From contig JAGVMN010000007.1 of the NCBI GenBank assembly GCA_020053795.1, positions 31,248 through 95,247 of the forward strand: a stretch of DNA of 64,000 nt, in the 5' to 3' direction. The position numbers and the translations under genes were made by a program. This document shows, piece after piece, positions 19,219-29,594 of the stretch. This DNA is from Bacteroidia bacterium. Lineage in GTDB: Bacteria > Bacteroidota > Bacteroidia > NS11-12g > UBA9320. Within the stretch, counting starts at the first letter, position 1. Each line of letters begins with the position of its first letter. Under the pieces are notes generated by a model, which was not told the DNA's origin, searched no databases, and worked only from the letters and a program-made list of their open reading frames with translations.

Positions 19219-20315
19219 ATGAAAGAGACTTGATCCAGTGTCAATTCATAGTAAAAAGGTAACCTTAACAAGGTGTCACTGTAATGATCGGTCATGGTTA
19301 GTTCTCTACCATCGTGTTTGCTGCCATAAAACGGACTTTTGTGCAATGAAAGGTAATGAAAAACAGAAAGTATGCCCGCCTCTTTCAAATGGAGAATCAA
19401 TGCTGATCTCTCGTCTAAGGAACTGCAGATTACATAGAACATGTGAGCATTGTTGGATGCATAAGAGGGTATTCTGGGTAATTTTAGAATGCCCTGTTCT
19501 TCTAAAGGTTTGAGCGTTTCTTCATATAAGTTCCATATTTTTTTTCTCCGGTATTCAATATCTTCAAGATTCTCCAATTGTGCGTATAAAAATGCCGCAA
19601 TAATTTCAGAAGGAAGGAAAGACGAACCGATATCTGCCCATCCATATTTATCAACCTCACCTCTGAAAAAGGCTGACCTGTTGGTACCCTTTTCCCAAAT
19701 AATCTCTGCTCTTTCGGCAAACTGGGGGTCGTTCACAACCAACATTCCTCCCTCACCGGAGATGATATTCTTCGTTTCGTGAAAGGAGAAAGCAGCCAAA
19801 TGGCCCAAACTTCCCAATGGTTTATCTTTATAATAGGAATCGATAGCCTGAGCAGCATCTTCAACTATGAAAATACCATGCTTCTCGGCAATCATATTTA
19901 TTTTAAACATATCACAAGCCACCCCTGCATAATGAACGGGTACGATGGCTTTTGTTTTTGGCGTAATCAGTTCTTCAATTTTATCTTCGTCAATACCCGG
20001 GTGGTCAGAACGACTATCGGCAAAGACAATTTTAGCTCCCCTCAAAACAAATGCGTTTGCTGTTGAAACGAAAGTGTATGCAGGGATAATAACCTCATCA
20101 CCCGGTTTGATATTCAACAATATGGCTGCCATTTCAAGAGCGTCAGTGCAGGAAGTTGTCAGAAGACACTTGTTGAATCCGTATTTTTCGCCAAAAAAGG
20201 ATTGACATTTTTGGGTATAAAGGCCATTGCCTGAAATTTTACCGGAATAAACTGCCTGATAAATGTAGTGAGCTTCTTTACCAGTTAGAAAGGGTTTATT
20301 GAAGGGGATGTTCAT
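19182..20315 (-). CDS. wecE: dTDP-4-amino-4,6-dideoxygalactose transaminase
   Basis: IPFNKP, TTSCTDALEM, SFHETKN, EKGTNR, GSSFLPSE typical of WecE/RffA. Confidence 0.9.
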   Translation of the reverse strand: MNIPFNKPFLTGKEAHYIYQAVYSGKISGNGLYTQKCQSFFGEKYGFNKCLLTTSCTDALEMAAILLNIKPGDEVIIPAYTFVSTANAFVLRGAKIVFADSRSDHPGIDEDKIEELITPKTKAIVPVHYAGVACDMFKINMIAEKHGIFIVEDAAQAIDSYYKDKPLGSLGHLAAFSFHETKNIISGEGGMLVVNDPQFAERAEIIWEKGTNRSAFFRGEVDKYGWADIGSSFLPSEIIAAFLYAQLENLEDIEYRRKKIWNLYEETLKPLEEQGILKLPRIPSYASNNAHMFYVICSSLDERSALILHLKEAGILSVFHYLSLHKSPFYGSKHDGRELTMTDHYSDTLLRLPFYYELTLDQVSFICQTIYDFFKRP

Positions 20316-21415
20316 ATATTGAATGATGATTGATTGACTTTTGTAGAGCGGGTTAAATCTTCAATAAAGTGTTTAAAAAATCCTTTATGACTAAGGTATT
20401 CTTGCCAGACTCTTCTGCACTCATATTGTCTTTCAAGAAAATCTTTCTCTTTAATGCCGGCATGAAAATCTAAGACCGCTTTTCCAATGTATTTCTCGTC
20501 TTTTTCCTCTACCCAAAGCACCAAATCCTTCCATGCTATCTTGTTTTCAAATGGCAAAACACAATCGGTATTCAAAAAAAGAGGAATTCTTCCCAGGCAC
20601 ATCACCTCATACAACCGCATCGAATAATTAGCTGCTCCCCGAATACACAAAGTATAATCAGAATTCAGAATGTTGTTGACGAATTCTAATTTAGCTTTCG
20701 AATTATTTTCACTTACCCCGAATGCGAAAGATGATCTTCTGTAAAAACTCGTTTCAATTTCAGGAATGTTCTCTAATTTTTTTAAAATTTGATTCCTTTT
20801 TACTAAAAGAGGAATGATGGGTGGCGGGTGAAATGTGTCAAATTTTAATTGAAACTTTAACCATTTGTAAAGGTTTTTAGCTGTTAATCCAAATAGCCTT
20901 AGTGTGGGATATGATGCAAGTCCACAGAAGCCCACTATGGGTTTTTCTTGTTTTGATCTTAGCTGAACCTGCCCACTGCAAAAGGAATTTAGAAGATCGG
21001 TTTTAAGGTCTCCATTGCGAATTATTTCATTTTGGTGGTATAATGAATGATAACTGGCGTTTTTAAGAAAAACAGCATTCTCGAATTCTAAATTAACATC
21101 ATAATCGCCATCAATCCAGATATAGGTTTTTAGGCCATTTGAGGAAGCGAAAGAACACAAGTCATTTACGAAATTCAATTTCCTTTGGGCAATGTAATAA
21201 TTCAATGTCATGGGAAGGAAGGCACATTCAGCAGAATTGATAGTGCTTGTTGGATTGAAATAAGGCTCATAAAATCGAAAATCAGATTCATGATCGGACC
21301 AATTGGCTGTTCCATCACCCCAAAATGCTTTGAGCGGGTGGATGAGGTATCGCAGCCAAAACTCGGTTTCCGCGTGACCTTCAGGTACAAAAATATTGAT
21401 TCGCTCTGCTGTCAT
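20312..21415 (-). CDS. Exostosin-family (GT47-like) protein
   Basis: SDYTLCIRGAANYSMRLYEVMCLGRIP and LPFE..I.W motifs. Confidence 0.72.
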   Translation of the reverse strand: MTAERINIFVPEGHAETEFWLRYLIHPLKAFWGDGTANWSDHESDFRFYEPYFNPTSTINSAECAFLPMTLNYYIAQRKLNFVNDLCSFASSNGLKTYIWIDGDYDVNLEFENAVFLKNASYHSLYHQNEIIRNGDLKTDLLNSFCSGQVQLRSKQEKPIVGFCGLASYPTLRLFGLTAKNLYKWLKFQLKFDTFHPPPIIPLLVKRNQILKKLENIPEIETSFYRRSSFAFGVSENNSKAKLEFVNNILNSDYTLCIRGAANYSMRLYEVMCLGRIPLFLNTDCVLPFENKIAWKDLVLWVEEKDEKYIGKAVLDFHAGIKEKDFLERQYECRRVWQEYLSHKGFFKHFIEDLTRSTKVNQSSFNI

Positions 21416-22317
21416 TTTTTATCGTTTGGTTTTGCCAGCATTTGTATAAACAATCCAAATATCCAGTAATAACTGATGGCGGTGATGATGGGGAATGCGA
21501 CAATTTTTGAAAAAAAGCCGTTGACTTCGCCTGATTTCTCGAAGGCATTTCGAAATGGTGAAACCAAAAAATAGCAACCCTTCATCCATTGACGAAAACT
21601 TTTCAGCTGATGAGGATAAGCACAGTACATTTCAGCCCACTTTTTTCTGACCAGAAAGTAGGCTCTGCCGTACATGTGGTGTTGCCTGAAGAGGCCTTTC
21701 CAAGTAGATCGGTGTACATGATGCACTTTTATTTCGGGAACATATAAAACATCCCAACCGGCTTGAATCGCCCTCCAGTTATAGTCAACATCTTCTCCTC
21801 TGAAAAGGGTGATATCCTGTTCACCAATTTGTTCGATAACTTCTTTCTTGTAACTACAATTAACACCCGGAACACTTCGCGTTCTTTGCAAATTTTTATA
21901 CCTGGGAAATACCGTGATATCTGCAATTTGGGCCAGCAGCGTATCTCCCGAAGCATCAATTACTTCTCCACCGATAACGCCCGCTTTCGGGTACTTTTCG
22001 TGGTTTGATTTCATTTTACTAACCCAATCAGGGAAAGGTCGGGCGTCATCATCAGTCATTAATATTAAATCTCCCGTACAATTTCTCAAACCGATATTTC
22101 GACTGTACGCCAAATTGATATTCGCGGTTTTTATTACTTTAACAGATTTATGTTTGGTGCTCCACAAGTCAAGGGTCTCAGAGCAATCGTTTTCTCCCCC
22201 TCCATTCACAACGACTATTTCTGTTGCTTTTTCTTCCTGCAGTTCCAGCAAAGCATTTAAGGTGTCATGAATCAAATTGCCACGGTTAAAGGTGCAAATC
22301 AAAACAGATATTTTCAA
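21412..22317 (-). CDS. Glycosyltransferase family 2
   Basis: ICTFNR, SRNIG, TDDD, GEDVD. Confidence 0.88.
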   Translation of the reverse strand: MKISVLICTFNRGNLIHDTLNALLELQEEKATEIVVVNGGGENDCSETLDLWSTKHKSVKVIKTANINLAYSRNIGLRNCTGDLILMTDDDARPFPDWVSKMKSNHEKYPKAGVIGGEVIDASGDTLLAQIADITVFPRYKNLQRTRSVPGVNCSYKKEVIEQIGEQDITLFRGEDVDYNWRAIQAGWDVLYVPEIKVHHVHRSTWKGLFRQHHMYGRAYFLVRKKWAEMYCAYPHQLKSFRQWMKGCYFLVSPFRNAFEKSGEVNGFFSKIVAFPIITAISYYWIFGLFIQMLAKPNDKK

Positions 22318-22357
22318 AGGAAGACAAACATTAAAGATAATATGATGCCGAAAATAT

Positions 22358-23443
22358 TTATGAAATGGCTGTTACAAAACTTTCTGAGATGGCTTCCCAA
22401 CTCAGATGTTCTATGACATGTTTGCGGTTTGTATGTCCCATTTCAAGGCGAAGTTTTTCATTTTTTGCTAAATGAGAGATGGCCTCAACGATAGATTCTG
22501 TTTTGTTTTGATCAACAAAAATGGCTCCATCAGGAGGCAGACTTTCAGCGTATCCACCGTCATTTGAAACAATAAGAGGAAGAGCGGAACTCATGGCCTC
22601 TATGCTTGCCACAGAATTGGCTTCGCTGTCCGGAACCATGATGAAAATATCCGCCATCTGATAGTAACGTTCTAACTCAGAGGTAGTCCCGGCGAAGATA
22701 ACTTTTGATGCCAAATAATATTTTTGAACCATTTCCATGAGCATTGCCTGATCCGGACCACTGCCAAGAATGACATATTTCACGGGAATATTTTCCAGAA
22801 ATCTTAAAGCCTCAATAACCCTGTGCACTCCTTTCCTTTCTTCGAGTGCTCCAACATGAAGTAAAACAAACTCCTCATCTGATAAACGAAATTGTTTTCG
22901 CATTTTTATCCGGGTAGCCACGTCAGGTTTAAATCTATCTGGATTTGTTCCAACAGGAACTACCTTAACAATACGCCCAAACAACTCAGCCGCTTCAGTG
23001 GCGATCCAATCGGCATCAGCCAAAATAGTGTTTATAGAAGTTCGCCATCCTGCTTTGATCATGCTGTTGTACCTGTGAGGTACGGATGAATAGGGGTAGC
23101 ATAAATAAAGGACGGTATTAAGTTTTTTGAATTTACCTACAAACTTCAATGTTTCTTCTTCTCCAAAATCTGCAAAAAAGACAATAATTCGGTCATAACT
23201 ATTCAATAGGAAATGGCAGCAAAAAAAAGGTACGGCCAGCTTTTTTTCATAATATCTGCTTCCCGGACTTTTTACTATTCTGATACCTTTATCAGGTGCA
23301 ATGAGGGGCTCAATGGTTTGACTGCCGGAGACGATGGTTACCTCATGCCCCTTTTGATTTAATTCGTTGGAAAGACTCAACACAAGGGTTTCAATTCCTC
23401 TCGGGAGTTTAAAAGTGTGAAAATGGAAAAATGCAATTTTCAA
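22358..23443 (-). CDS. Glycosyltransferase family 4
   Basis: GALEERKG, EANSVASIEAMS. Confidence 0.88.
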   Translation of the reverse strand: MKIAFFHFHTFKLPRGIETLVLSLSNELNQKGHEVTIVSGSQTIEPLIAPDKGIRIVKSPGSRYYEKKLAVPFFCCHFLLNSYDRIIVFFADFGEEETLKFVGKFKKLNTVLYLCYPYSSVPHRYNSMIKAGWRTSINTILADADWIATEAAELFGRIVKVVPVGTNPDRFKPDVATRIKMRKQFRLSDEEFVLLHVGALEERKGVHRVIEALRFLENIPVKYVILGSGPDQAMLMEMVQKYYLASKVIFAGTTSELERYYQMADIFIMVPDSEANSVASIEAMSSALPLIVSNDGGYAESLPPDGAIFVDQNKTESIVEAISHLAKNEKLRLEMGHTNRKHVIEHLSWEAISESFVTAIS

Positions 23444-23453
23444 ATCTTTATGC

Positions 23454-24668
23454 CTAAGAAAGGAGGTTCTGATAGTATTGCTTATAGATTGGACTAAGGG
23501 CTGGGATCCCGAATTTTTCAGACTGTTCTAAAACATACTTGCCAGATTCTTTAAGCAGCACCGGATTCAAAATAAATTTTTCAAAAAGCTTGGTTATCTG
23601 TGCCGAATTACCGGCTTCAAAGATGTATTCCTTATTTTTTGGCCCTAGTGTTTCCGGCATTCCCCCAATATTTGATGCAATGACCGGCACTCCGCAGGCC
23701 ATGGCTTGTGCTACGGTATAAGAAAATGATTCATATATTTCTGAAGGAACAATAACCAGATCAGAAGTGGCATAATATTCAGGAAGTTTTTCATAAGAAA
23801 TAAACCCTCCAAAAGTTACCCTATACTCAAGATTGAATTCCGAGACGAGTTTTTTGCAGATTTCAAATGCATTACCCCTCGGTGGACCAATGTTGATGAG
23901 ATGTGCCTGAGGGTATTTTTGAGCAAGTTCAATAAAAGACTTGATTAAAGTGATTACACCTTTTGCCCTTTCGAATCGGCCTACATGAAGAATAATAAAT
24001 TTATCTGATACTTTGACGGGTTTTGGCAATGGTCGAAAATGAGCAGTGTCAAGTATATTCGGAATCACGGTTATTTTTTCTTCCGGAAGATTGTAGTACT
24101 GTATGAGGTGGGATTTAAGGTCTTCGCTGGGCGTCGTGATGGCATCGCATTTTTGAAAACAGAATTTTTCCCTTTGAACGGCCCACCAACCGTCTAATCC
24201 ACGTATTTCTTCTTCCAGATAGGTGCTTCGAAGTATGCCCCATGGGGTGTGAGCTCTGATGACCACTTTGTTATTCCGCTTTGGATTTCGCTGCAAATAA
24301 GCATAAGCTTCGCTATGTATATCCATGAATTCAATGACATCTTTATGATCTTTTTCAAGTGCAATGGCGAGTTTTAGTGCATACTTCAGGTCCGTCCAAT
24401 ACCTAAGCCCATTCCTTAAACCACTTGTTTTGGCGAGTTGGTGTAATCGGGTATAATGACTGTGAGCGGAAATACTTCTCATGGGAATTTTAAGTTGATC
24501 ATAAAATTGAGAATTAATCTCAGATGCCGACGTATAGATCGTCATTTCAAACTCATCTTTCAAAGCAGCCACCAGATACCCACTGTGCATAGCGATGCCA
24601 CCCTGATGTTCCGGATAAAACCATCTTGAACAGATGGCGAATTTTAATCTGTCTTTTGAAATACCCAT
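23454..24668 (-). CDS. Glycosyltransferase family 4
   Basis: GRFERAKG, ESFSYTVAQAMACGVPVI. Confidence 0.88.
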   Translation of the reverse strand: MGISKDRLKFAICSRWFYPEHQGGIAMHSGYLVAALKDEFEMTIYTSASEINSQFYDQLKIPMRSISAHSHYTRLHQLAKTSGLRNGLRYWTDLKYALKLAIALEKDHKDVIEFMDIHSEAYAYLQRNPKRNNKVVIRAHTPWGILRSTYLEEEIRGLDGWWAVQREKFCFQKCDAITTPSEDLKSHLIQYYNLPEEKITVIPNILDTAHFRPLPKPVKVSDKFIILHVGRFERAKGVITLIKSFIELAQKYPQAHLINIGPPRGNAFEICKKLVSEFNLEYRVTFGGFISYEKLPEYYATSDLVIVPSEIYESFSYTVAQAMACGVPVIASNIGGMPETLGPKNKEYIFEAGNSAQITKLFEKFILNPVLLKESGKYVLEQSEKFGIPALSPIYKQYYQNLLS

Positions 24669-26389
24669 TGAATTTCAACAAATTGAAGTGCAAATTTTTT
24701 GATTAACCGGTCTGCATGACTCGGATTGTTTTTGTTTTGAAGTGCAGCATTGACTTTCCTTGTGAGGTAGGTTGACATTATATTATCAAGCTTTTTAAGG
24801 CGATATTTCTTCCAGTCGTGCCAAACTATATAGCTGTTTGTTGAGATCAGGTACCACATGCTTTCTATCTCTTTATAATAATTTTTTGTGTTATTAACGT
24901 CCCAAAAATCACCACTTCGGAACACAAAGAACGACTTATGGGTAATATCAGTGAAGGCGGCAATTGAAAATGCATGAGGCACGTGAACGTGTATTTTCCC
25001 TTTTGATTTAAGTATTCTTCGGCACTCCGAAAAAATACGCTGAATATTGTCTAATGAAAAATGCTCAACAACATGCCTTAAATAGATATGATCAAAAGAT
25101 CCATCTCTAAAAGGATAGGGAAAATCCAAAAGGTCATGCACCACATCCACTTCATCTAACACGGCGTTGTCCATACCTATTGCATCCTCGACCTTGTTCG
25201 TTCCGCACCCCAAATCGAGAATATCAAATTCACCGATTAACCGAATTCTCCTTTCAGTGTTGAAATCAAGGTTAATCAAAGCTAAAATCCTTTTTCTGGC
25301 TGCTTGCCCCATGGCAAAATGTTCTTGCTCCAAAACGAGATAAATGGCCTTTAGAAATTTATCCTTAAAATCATCAATATCACGTGGTTTAAATAAAAAT
25401 CCACATTCATTATTTCCGATCAGTTCAGGAATTCCACCAACGGCACTGGCAACTATTATTTTTCCGGCACCCATAGCTTCATAAACGGTATTGGGAGAAT
25501 TATCGAAATAAGATGGGATAACACAAATATCAGCCGATTTATAAGCCTCTAACAATACCTCTTTTGGTACGAACTTGTGCTGTTCGAGAAAATTCAGGTT
25601 GGAGACGTCCTGAACAGGTTCATAGCCGTAAAACTTCACTTCAATGAAGTCCTTAAGGGATGCGGGAATTTGTTTTAATGCATCTATCAAAAACTCACCA
25701 CCTTTAACAGGATCATTCCTTGATGCAAAGAAAATAATGACCTTTTCTTTGCGTACAATTTTTTGCTCTTCAGGTTCATGATTAATTTGTTTTTCATCGA
25801 TGGGATAAGGAATTACCTCGCTATTATCAAATGTTTCACCCATTTCATCTTCTACCAGCTTAATCATGGCATTACACGGTGAGATGACATATTTTGCACG
25901 TTTAATGAAATAATGCTCCACTTTTCGTGCGATCCAGTCCGAGAGATTTACAGTCTGACCTGAATTCTTTTTAAATGTATAGGCCGAACCATGCAGATGA
26001 ACAAAATAATCGAATTTTTTGAAAATGGCGTTCCAGAAATCTCCGCCTTCGCTGTATTCAACAACGTTAATTTTTCTTTTTCGATTGATTTCGATGAGTT
26101 TTTTATAAATGATCCATCCGGCTTCCAATTGTTTGATTAATGGAGCGAATACACTTAGAAATGGGATTTTACTTATGTAATAATGAATAGGTCCATTATG
26201 TATGCAAGCAAAAATCCGGATACCATCATCATTATATTCGGCATTTTTGTTGCCCATTTGGCCACAAATTACCGAAACCTTAACGCCTCTTCTTATCAAT
26301 TGTTTTCCAAAAAGTTGCACATAGGTACCGGCACCGCCAACCTGACCTGAAGCTCTTGGATATCCTGTTTCTACAAAAACTACATGCAT
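24644..26389 (-). CDS. GT4 glycosyltransferase fused to a C-terminal class I methyltransferase
   Basis: DNSPNTVYEAMGAG (GT4), then ILDLGCG...HVVEH...RILK..G...VPH (Methyltransf_11-like). Confidence 0.8.
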   Translation of the reverse strand: MHVVFVETGYPRASGQVGGAGTYVQLFGKQLIRRGVKVSVICGQMGNKNAEYNDDGIRIFACIHNGPIHYYISKIPFLSVFAPLIKQLEAGWIIYKKLIEINRKRKINVVEYSEGGDFWNAIFKKFDYFVHLHGSAYTFKKNSGQTVNLSDWIARKVEHYFIKRAKYVISPCNAMIKLVEDEMGETFDNSEVIPYPIDEKQINHEPEEQKIVRKEKVIIFFASRNDPVKGGEFLIDALKQIPASLKDFIEVKFYGYEPVQDVSNLNFLEQHKFVPKEVLLEAYKSADICVIPSYFDNSPNTVYEAMGAGKIIVASAVGGIPELIGNNECGFLFKPRDIDDFKDKFLKAIYLVLEQEHFAMGQAARKRILALINLDFNTERRIRLIGEFDILDLGCGTNKVEDAIGMDNAVLDEVDVVHDLLDFPYPFRDGSFDHIYLRHVVEHFSLDNIQRIFSECRRILKSKGKIHVHVPHAFSIAAFTDITHKSFFVFRSGDFWDVNNTKNYYKEIESMWYLISTNSYIVWHDWKKYRLKKLDNIMSTYLTRKVNAALQNKNNPSHADRLIKKFALQFVEIQWVFQKTD

Positions 26390-26392
26390 AGT

Positions 26393-27655
26393 TTAATCAG
26401 TAAAAACCGTTTCTTTAAAACGCCCGAAAGCGGCCTCCCAATTCCAATAAGTCATCACACTTTCCTTGCCGGCTTTGGCTATTTCTTCTCTTTTGGTATC
26501 GTTGTCAATAAGAAATTCAACGGCTTTCCCAAATTCTTTGGATTGTCGTTGAACCAATAAACCGGTCTTTTCGTGAATTATAGATTCCCGTGGTCCACCC
26601 TCACAAACAGCAATTACCGGAACGCCGAACGCCATCGCCTCCAGTGGGGTTAATCCAAAGGGCTCAAGAAATGGCGAATAAAGAAAAATGGATGATTCCT
26701 GAAATTTCGCGGTCAACTCAATTTCACTCAAATCAACGCAAATCTCAATTTCTACATTTAATTGTTCGGCCATATTTATCAAATATCTTTCATAGGCTGA
26801 ATTTGAGGAATTGCCAACCACGATTAGCCTGGGTCTTTTAGATATGGGAACAAAAGACAGCGATTCAACTAAAAAATGATATCCCTTCATGGGCCCGATA
26901 GCTCCAACTGACAAGACGTATTTTCGCGGTGTGGTTTTTTTAGGTAACTCTTCAGGAAGGTTCGTTCCAAGATAAACAACAGAAGCATTGACACCATAAG
27001 CAGCCAACAAGTTTTCCTTAGAGAAATTAGAATTCGTCAGCACCAAATCTGTAAATTGAATATTTTTAAAATCGTATGATTGGCGGTATAAACGTTCTAT
27101 GTTGATAAACGGCTTATCCCAAATATTGACAATCGGAGAATAGAATTTGAGCAATAATGGCTTGATTCCGTATGTTTTCTCATGTGTAATCTTTTCAAGT
27201 TTCTCTATTTGATTGAAGAAACCCTTTTCGTAGAATTCTCTTTGAGTTTCTGCACAATAGTATACGGTTCTGCAGTTTAGATATCTCAAAATAAACGGAC
27301 TCTGAACCAGGTCTTTGCTATGGTGAATAAAAGCAATGTCGTAGTTGCCCGAATTTATCTTGGCAGCCAGCCTTTTTGATGATTTTTTAATTCTTTTGAT
27401 ATTGATGAAGAAAAAAACAAGGTAAATAATTGATTTCAAGAAAGGCAAAGGCCAAGTGAATCTTTTTAGGAGTATGTATCCATCAACAGTGCATGAACTG
27501 ACTTTTTTATCCAAAGGGAGAAATTTTTCAACCCCGATGTCATGTATAAATAAATCTACCGTCCATGCTTCCCTTATGAAACGCACGCAAAATTCATAAA
27601 GTTCCTTCTTGCTCCCCCCTGATGTCAGGTTATGATATATAGCGATTCTTTTCAT
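26393..27655 (-). CDS. Glycosyltransferase family 4
   Basis: EPFGLTPLEAMAFGVPVI, GGPRE. Confidence 0.88.
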   Translation of the reverse strand: MKRIAIYHNLTSGGSKKELYEFCVRFIREAWTVDLFIHDIGVEKFLPLDKKVSSCTVDGYILLKRFTWPLPFLKSIIYLVFFFINIKRIKKSSKRLAAKINSGNYDIAFIHHSKDLVQSPFILRYLNCRTVYYCAETQREFYEKGFFNQIEKLEKITHEKTYGIKPLLLKFYSPIVNIWDKPFINIERLYRQSYDFKNIQFTDLVLTNSNFSKENLLAAYGVNASVVYLGTNLPEELPKKTTPRKYVLSVGAIGPMKGYHFLVESLSFVPISKRPRLIVVGNSSNSAYERYLINMAEQLNVEIEICVDLSEIELTAKFQESSIFLYSPFLEPFGLTPLEAMAFGVPVIAVCEGGPRESIIHEKTGLLVQRQSKEFGKAVEFLIDNDTKREEIAKAGKESVMTYWNWEAAFGRFKETVFTD

Positions 27656-27723
27656 TTAAGAAATTGAATAGATTAAAGATTCGAAGATATTCTTGCATAG
27701 TGGAAAGTAAACGGTAATGGTCA

Positions 27724-28662
27724 TTAACTGCGTTTCGAATCATTTAACAAAATCAATTTGCCGTAATAAAGATGTTTTTTAGGCTCCATGATGATTGCCT
27801 TGGGATAAATAAAAATGGCCCTGCACAAAAACTTTAAACCGTCAATGGCAGATGCTCGATGATTAATGGCAACTGATATATAAAGATTGTGAATATGCCG
27901 AAAGATGTATTTTTTATTCCCTTTTTGGGTGTCTTGCAATATCTTTTTTGCAACAGATATTCGATTCAAAAGCCATTTCTTTGGATTCATTACACTGGTG
28001 ATTCCGTCAGGATGTTGCCTGTAAACTGACATTATATCATTTAGAAATCCAATTTTACCTCTTAAGGCTAAAAGAATTTGAACGGTGTGGTCTCCAGATA
28101 TGGCTTCTGACAAGTAATCTGGAAATGGAAATATGATTGATTTGCGGAACAACATGGAAGATGTCAATGGACCCGATTGCAAAATATCCTCAATGCCATA
28201 TTCATTGGTTTTCGTGTTTTTTGGTTTAGGATATGGTTTAAAAGGCTGTATGTGTTCTCCGTACAATAAATACCCTTCGTGAAAGGAAAGTGCTAAATCG
28301 TTTTTGGTAATATGATCGAATTGTTTTTGAAGTTTTAACTCATCAACCCAGTAATCATCTCCATCGCACATAGCTATTAAGTCTGCTTTACATTGGGTAA
28401 GGGTATCTAGGCTATTTGGCATCATACCCAGATTTTCTGCTCTTTCAAGTATTCTTATTATATCCGGGTATTTATTTTGATATTCTTTACAAATAGCTAA
28501 AGTATTATCAATACTTTTATCTTCGCCAATAACAAGTTCAAATGAAAAATTTGTTTTCTGCATTAATACACCTTCGATAGCCTTGGCTATGAAGTTTTCG
28601 TGGTCGTACGTTATCATACAAACACTTACTGATGGAACGGAATCATTAAAGGCCGAAGTCAT
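27724..28662 (-). CDS. Glycosyltransferase family 2
   Basis: VSVCMITY, GEDKSID, CDGDDYW. Confidence 0.88.
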   Translation of the reverse strand: MTSAFNDSVPSVSVCMITYDHENFIAKAIEGVLMQKTNFSFELVIGEDKSIDNTLAICKEYQNKYPDIIRILERAENLGMMPNSLDTLTQCKADLIAMCDGDDYWVDELKLQKQFDHITKNDLALSFHEGYLLYGEHIQPFKPYPKPKNTKTNEYGIEDILQSGPLTSSMLFRKSIIFPFPDYLSEAISGDHTVQILLALRGKIGFLNDIMSVYRQHPDGITSVMNPKKWLLNRISVAKKILQDTQKGNKKYIFRHIHNLYISVAINHRASAIDGLKFLCRAIFIYPKAIIMEPKKHLYYGKLILLNDSKRS

Positions 28663-28664
28663 AC

Positions 28665-29594
28665 TTAGATGGTTGCAAAGGATTTTCTGATTTCATAAAA
28701 CATTAATCTGATTCTGGCCCAGGTCCATTCCCTGTTTGTCATTAAACCTTTTAAGATATGGTTACATTTCGTAGCAAAATTTGTGGTTTGAACCATAGCA
28801 AAATGAAAATGCAATTTTGAAACAGCGGTCATCAATAGCCTTCTTTTTTTGTAGTCGTTATATTTGATCAGACCTTTTAAAGATTCTATCCGGTTCAAAA
28901 TCCAGGATGCACTATTGGTCGTTGCGGTGACGCCTGAATCCAGTACCACATGGTTACACCAATATTCATTGATCAAACCAATATCACCTTTTGAGGCAAT
29001 AATCAGCATTTGAATTTGGTCGCCTGAAAATGTGGTGTGAAATATTTCGGGAAGCGGGAGTGAAGCATTTTTCTCAAAGAATATGGACGCAGTTAGTGGC
29101 CATACTTTCAAGAGCGTTTCAAAATCCCATTTTTCTACAGTCAACTTACTTTGGGGTCCTGTCAATTCCCCTGCAGGATTTACCCAATGACCCTGATGAA
29201 AGTTCATAACCAGATTATTGGCTTCGAGATGTTCTTTTTGTTTTTGAAGTTTTAAAGGATATGTCCAATAGTCGTCACCTTCGCAAAGGGCAACATACTT
29301 ACCCCTGCAATTCTGAAAAGTATCAATAAAATTAGTAATCATGCCCATGTTTCGTTCTCTTTTCAAAACACGAATGATGTTTGGATATTTTGCTTCGTAC
29401 TCGCAACAAATGGCGTATGTGTTGTCCGTTCCACGGTCTTCACCAATTACTAATTCAATCGGAAATTCGGTTTGTTGCATCATCACCCCTTCTATTGCTT
29501 TAGCGATGAACCTGTCATGATTGTAAGTGATCATACATACACTTACCAATGGCCGATCTTCATGTGTATTCAAGTTGATTATGTTTTTTTGCAA
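28665..29594 (-). CDS. Glycosyltransferase family 2
   Basis: VSVCMITYNH, GEDRGTD, CEGDDYW. Confidence 0.88.
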   Translation of the reverse strand: MQKNIINLNTHEDRPLVSVCMITYNHDRFIAKAIEGVMMQQTEFPIELVIGEDRGTDNTYAICCEYEAKYPNIIRVLKRERNMGMITNFIDTFQNCRGKYVALCEGDDYWTYPLKLQKQKEHLEANNLVMNFHQGHWVNPAGELTGPQSKLTVEKWDFETLLKVWPLTASIFFEKNASLPLPEIFHTTFSGDQIQMLIIASKGDIGLINEYWCNHVVLDSGVTATTNSASWILNRIESLKGLIKYNDYKKRRLLMTAVSKLHFHFAMVQTTNFATKCNHILKGLMTNREWTWARIRLMFYEIRKSFATI

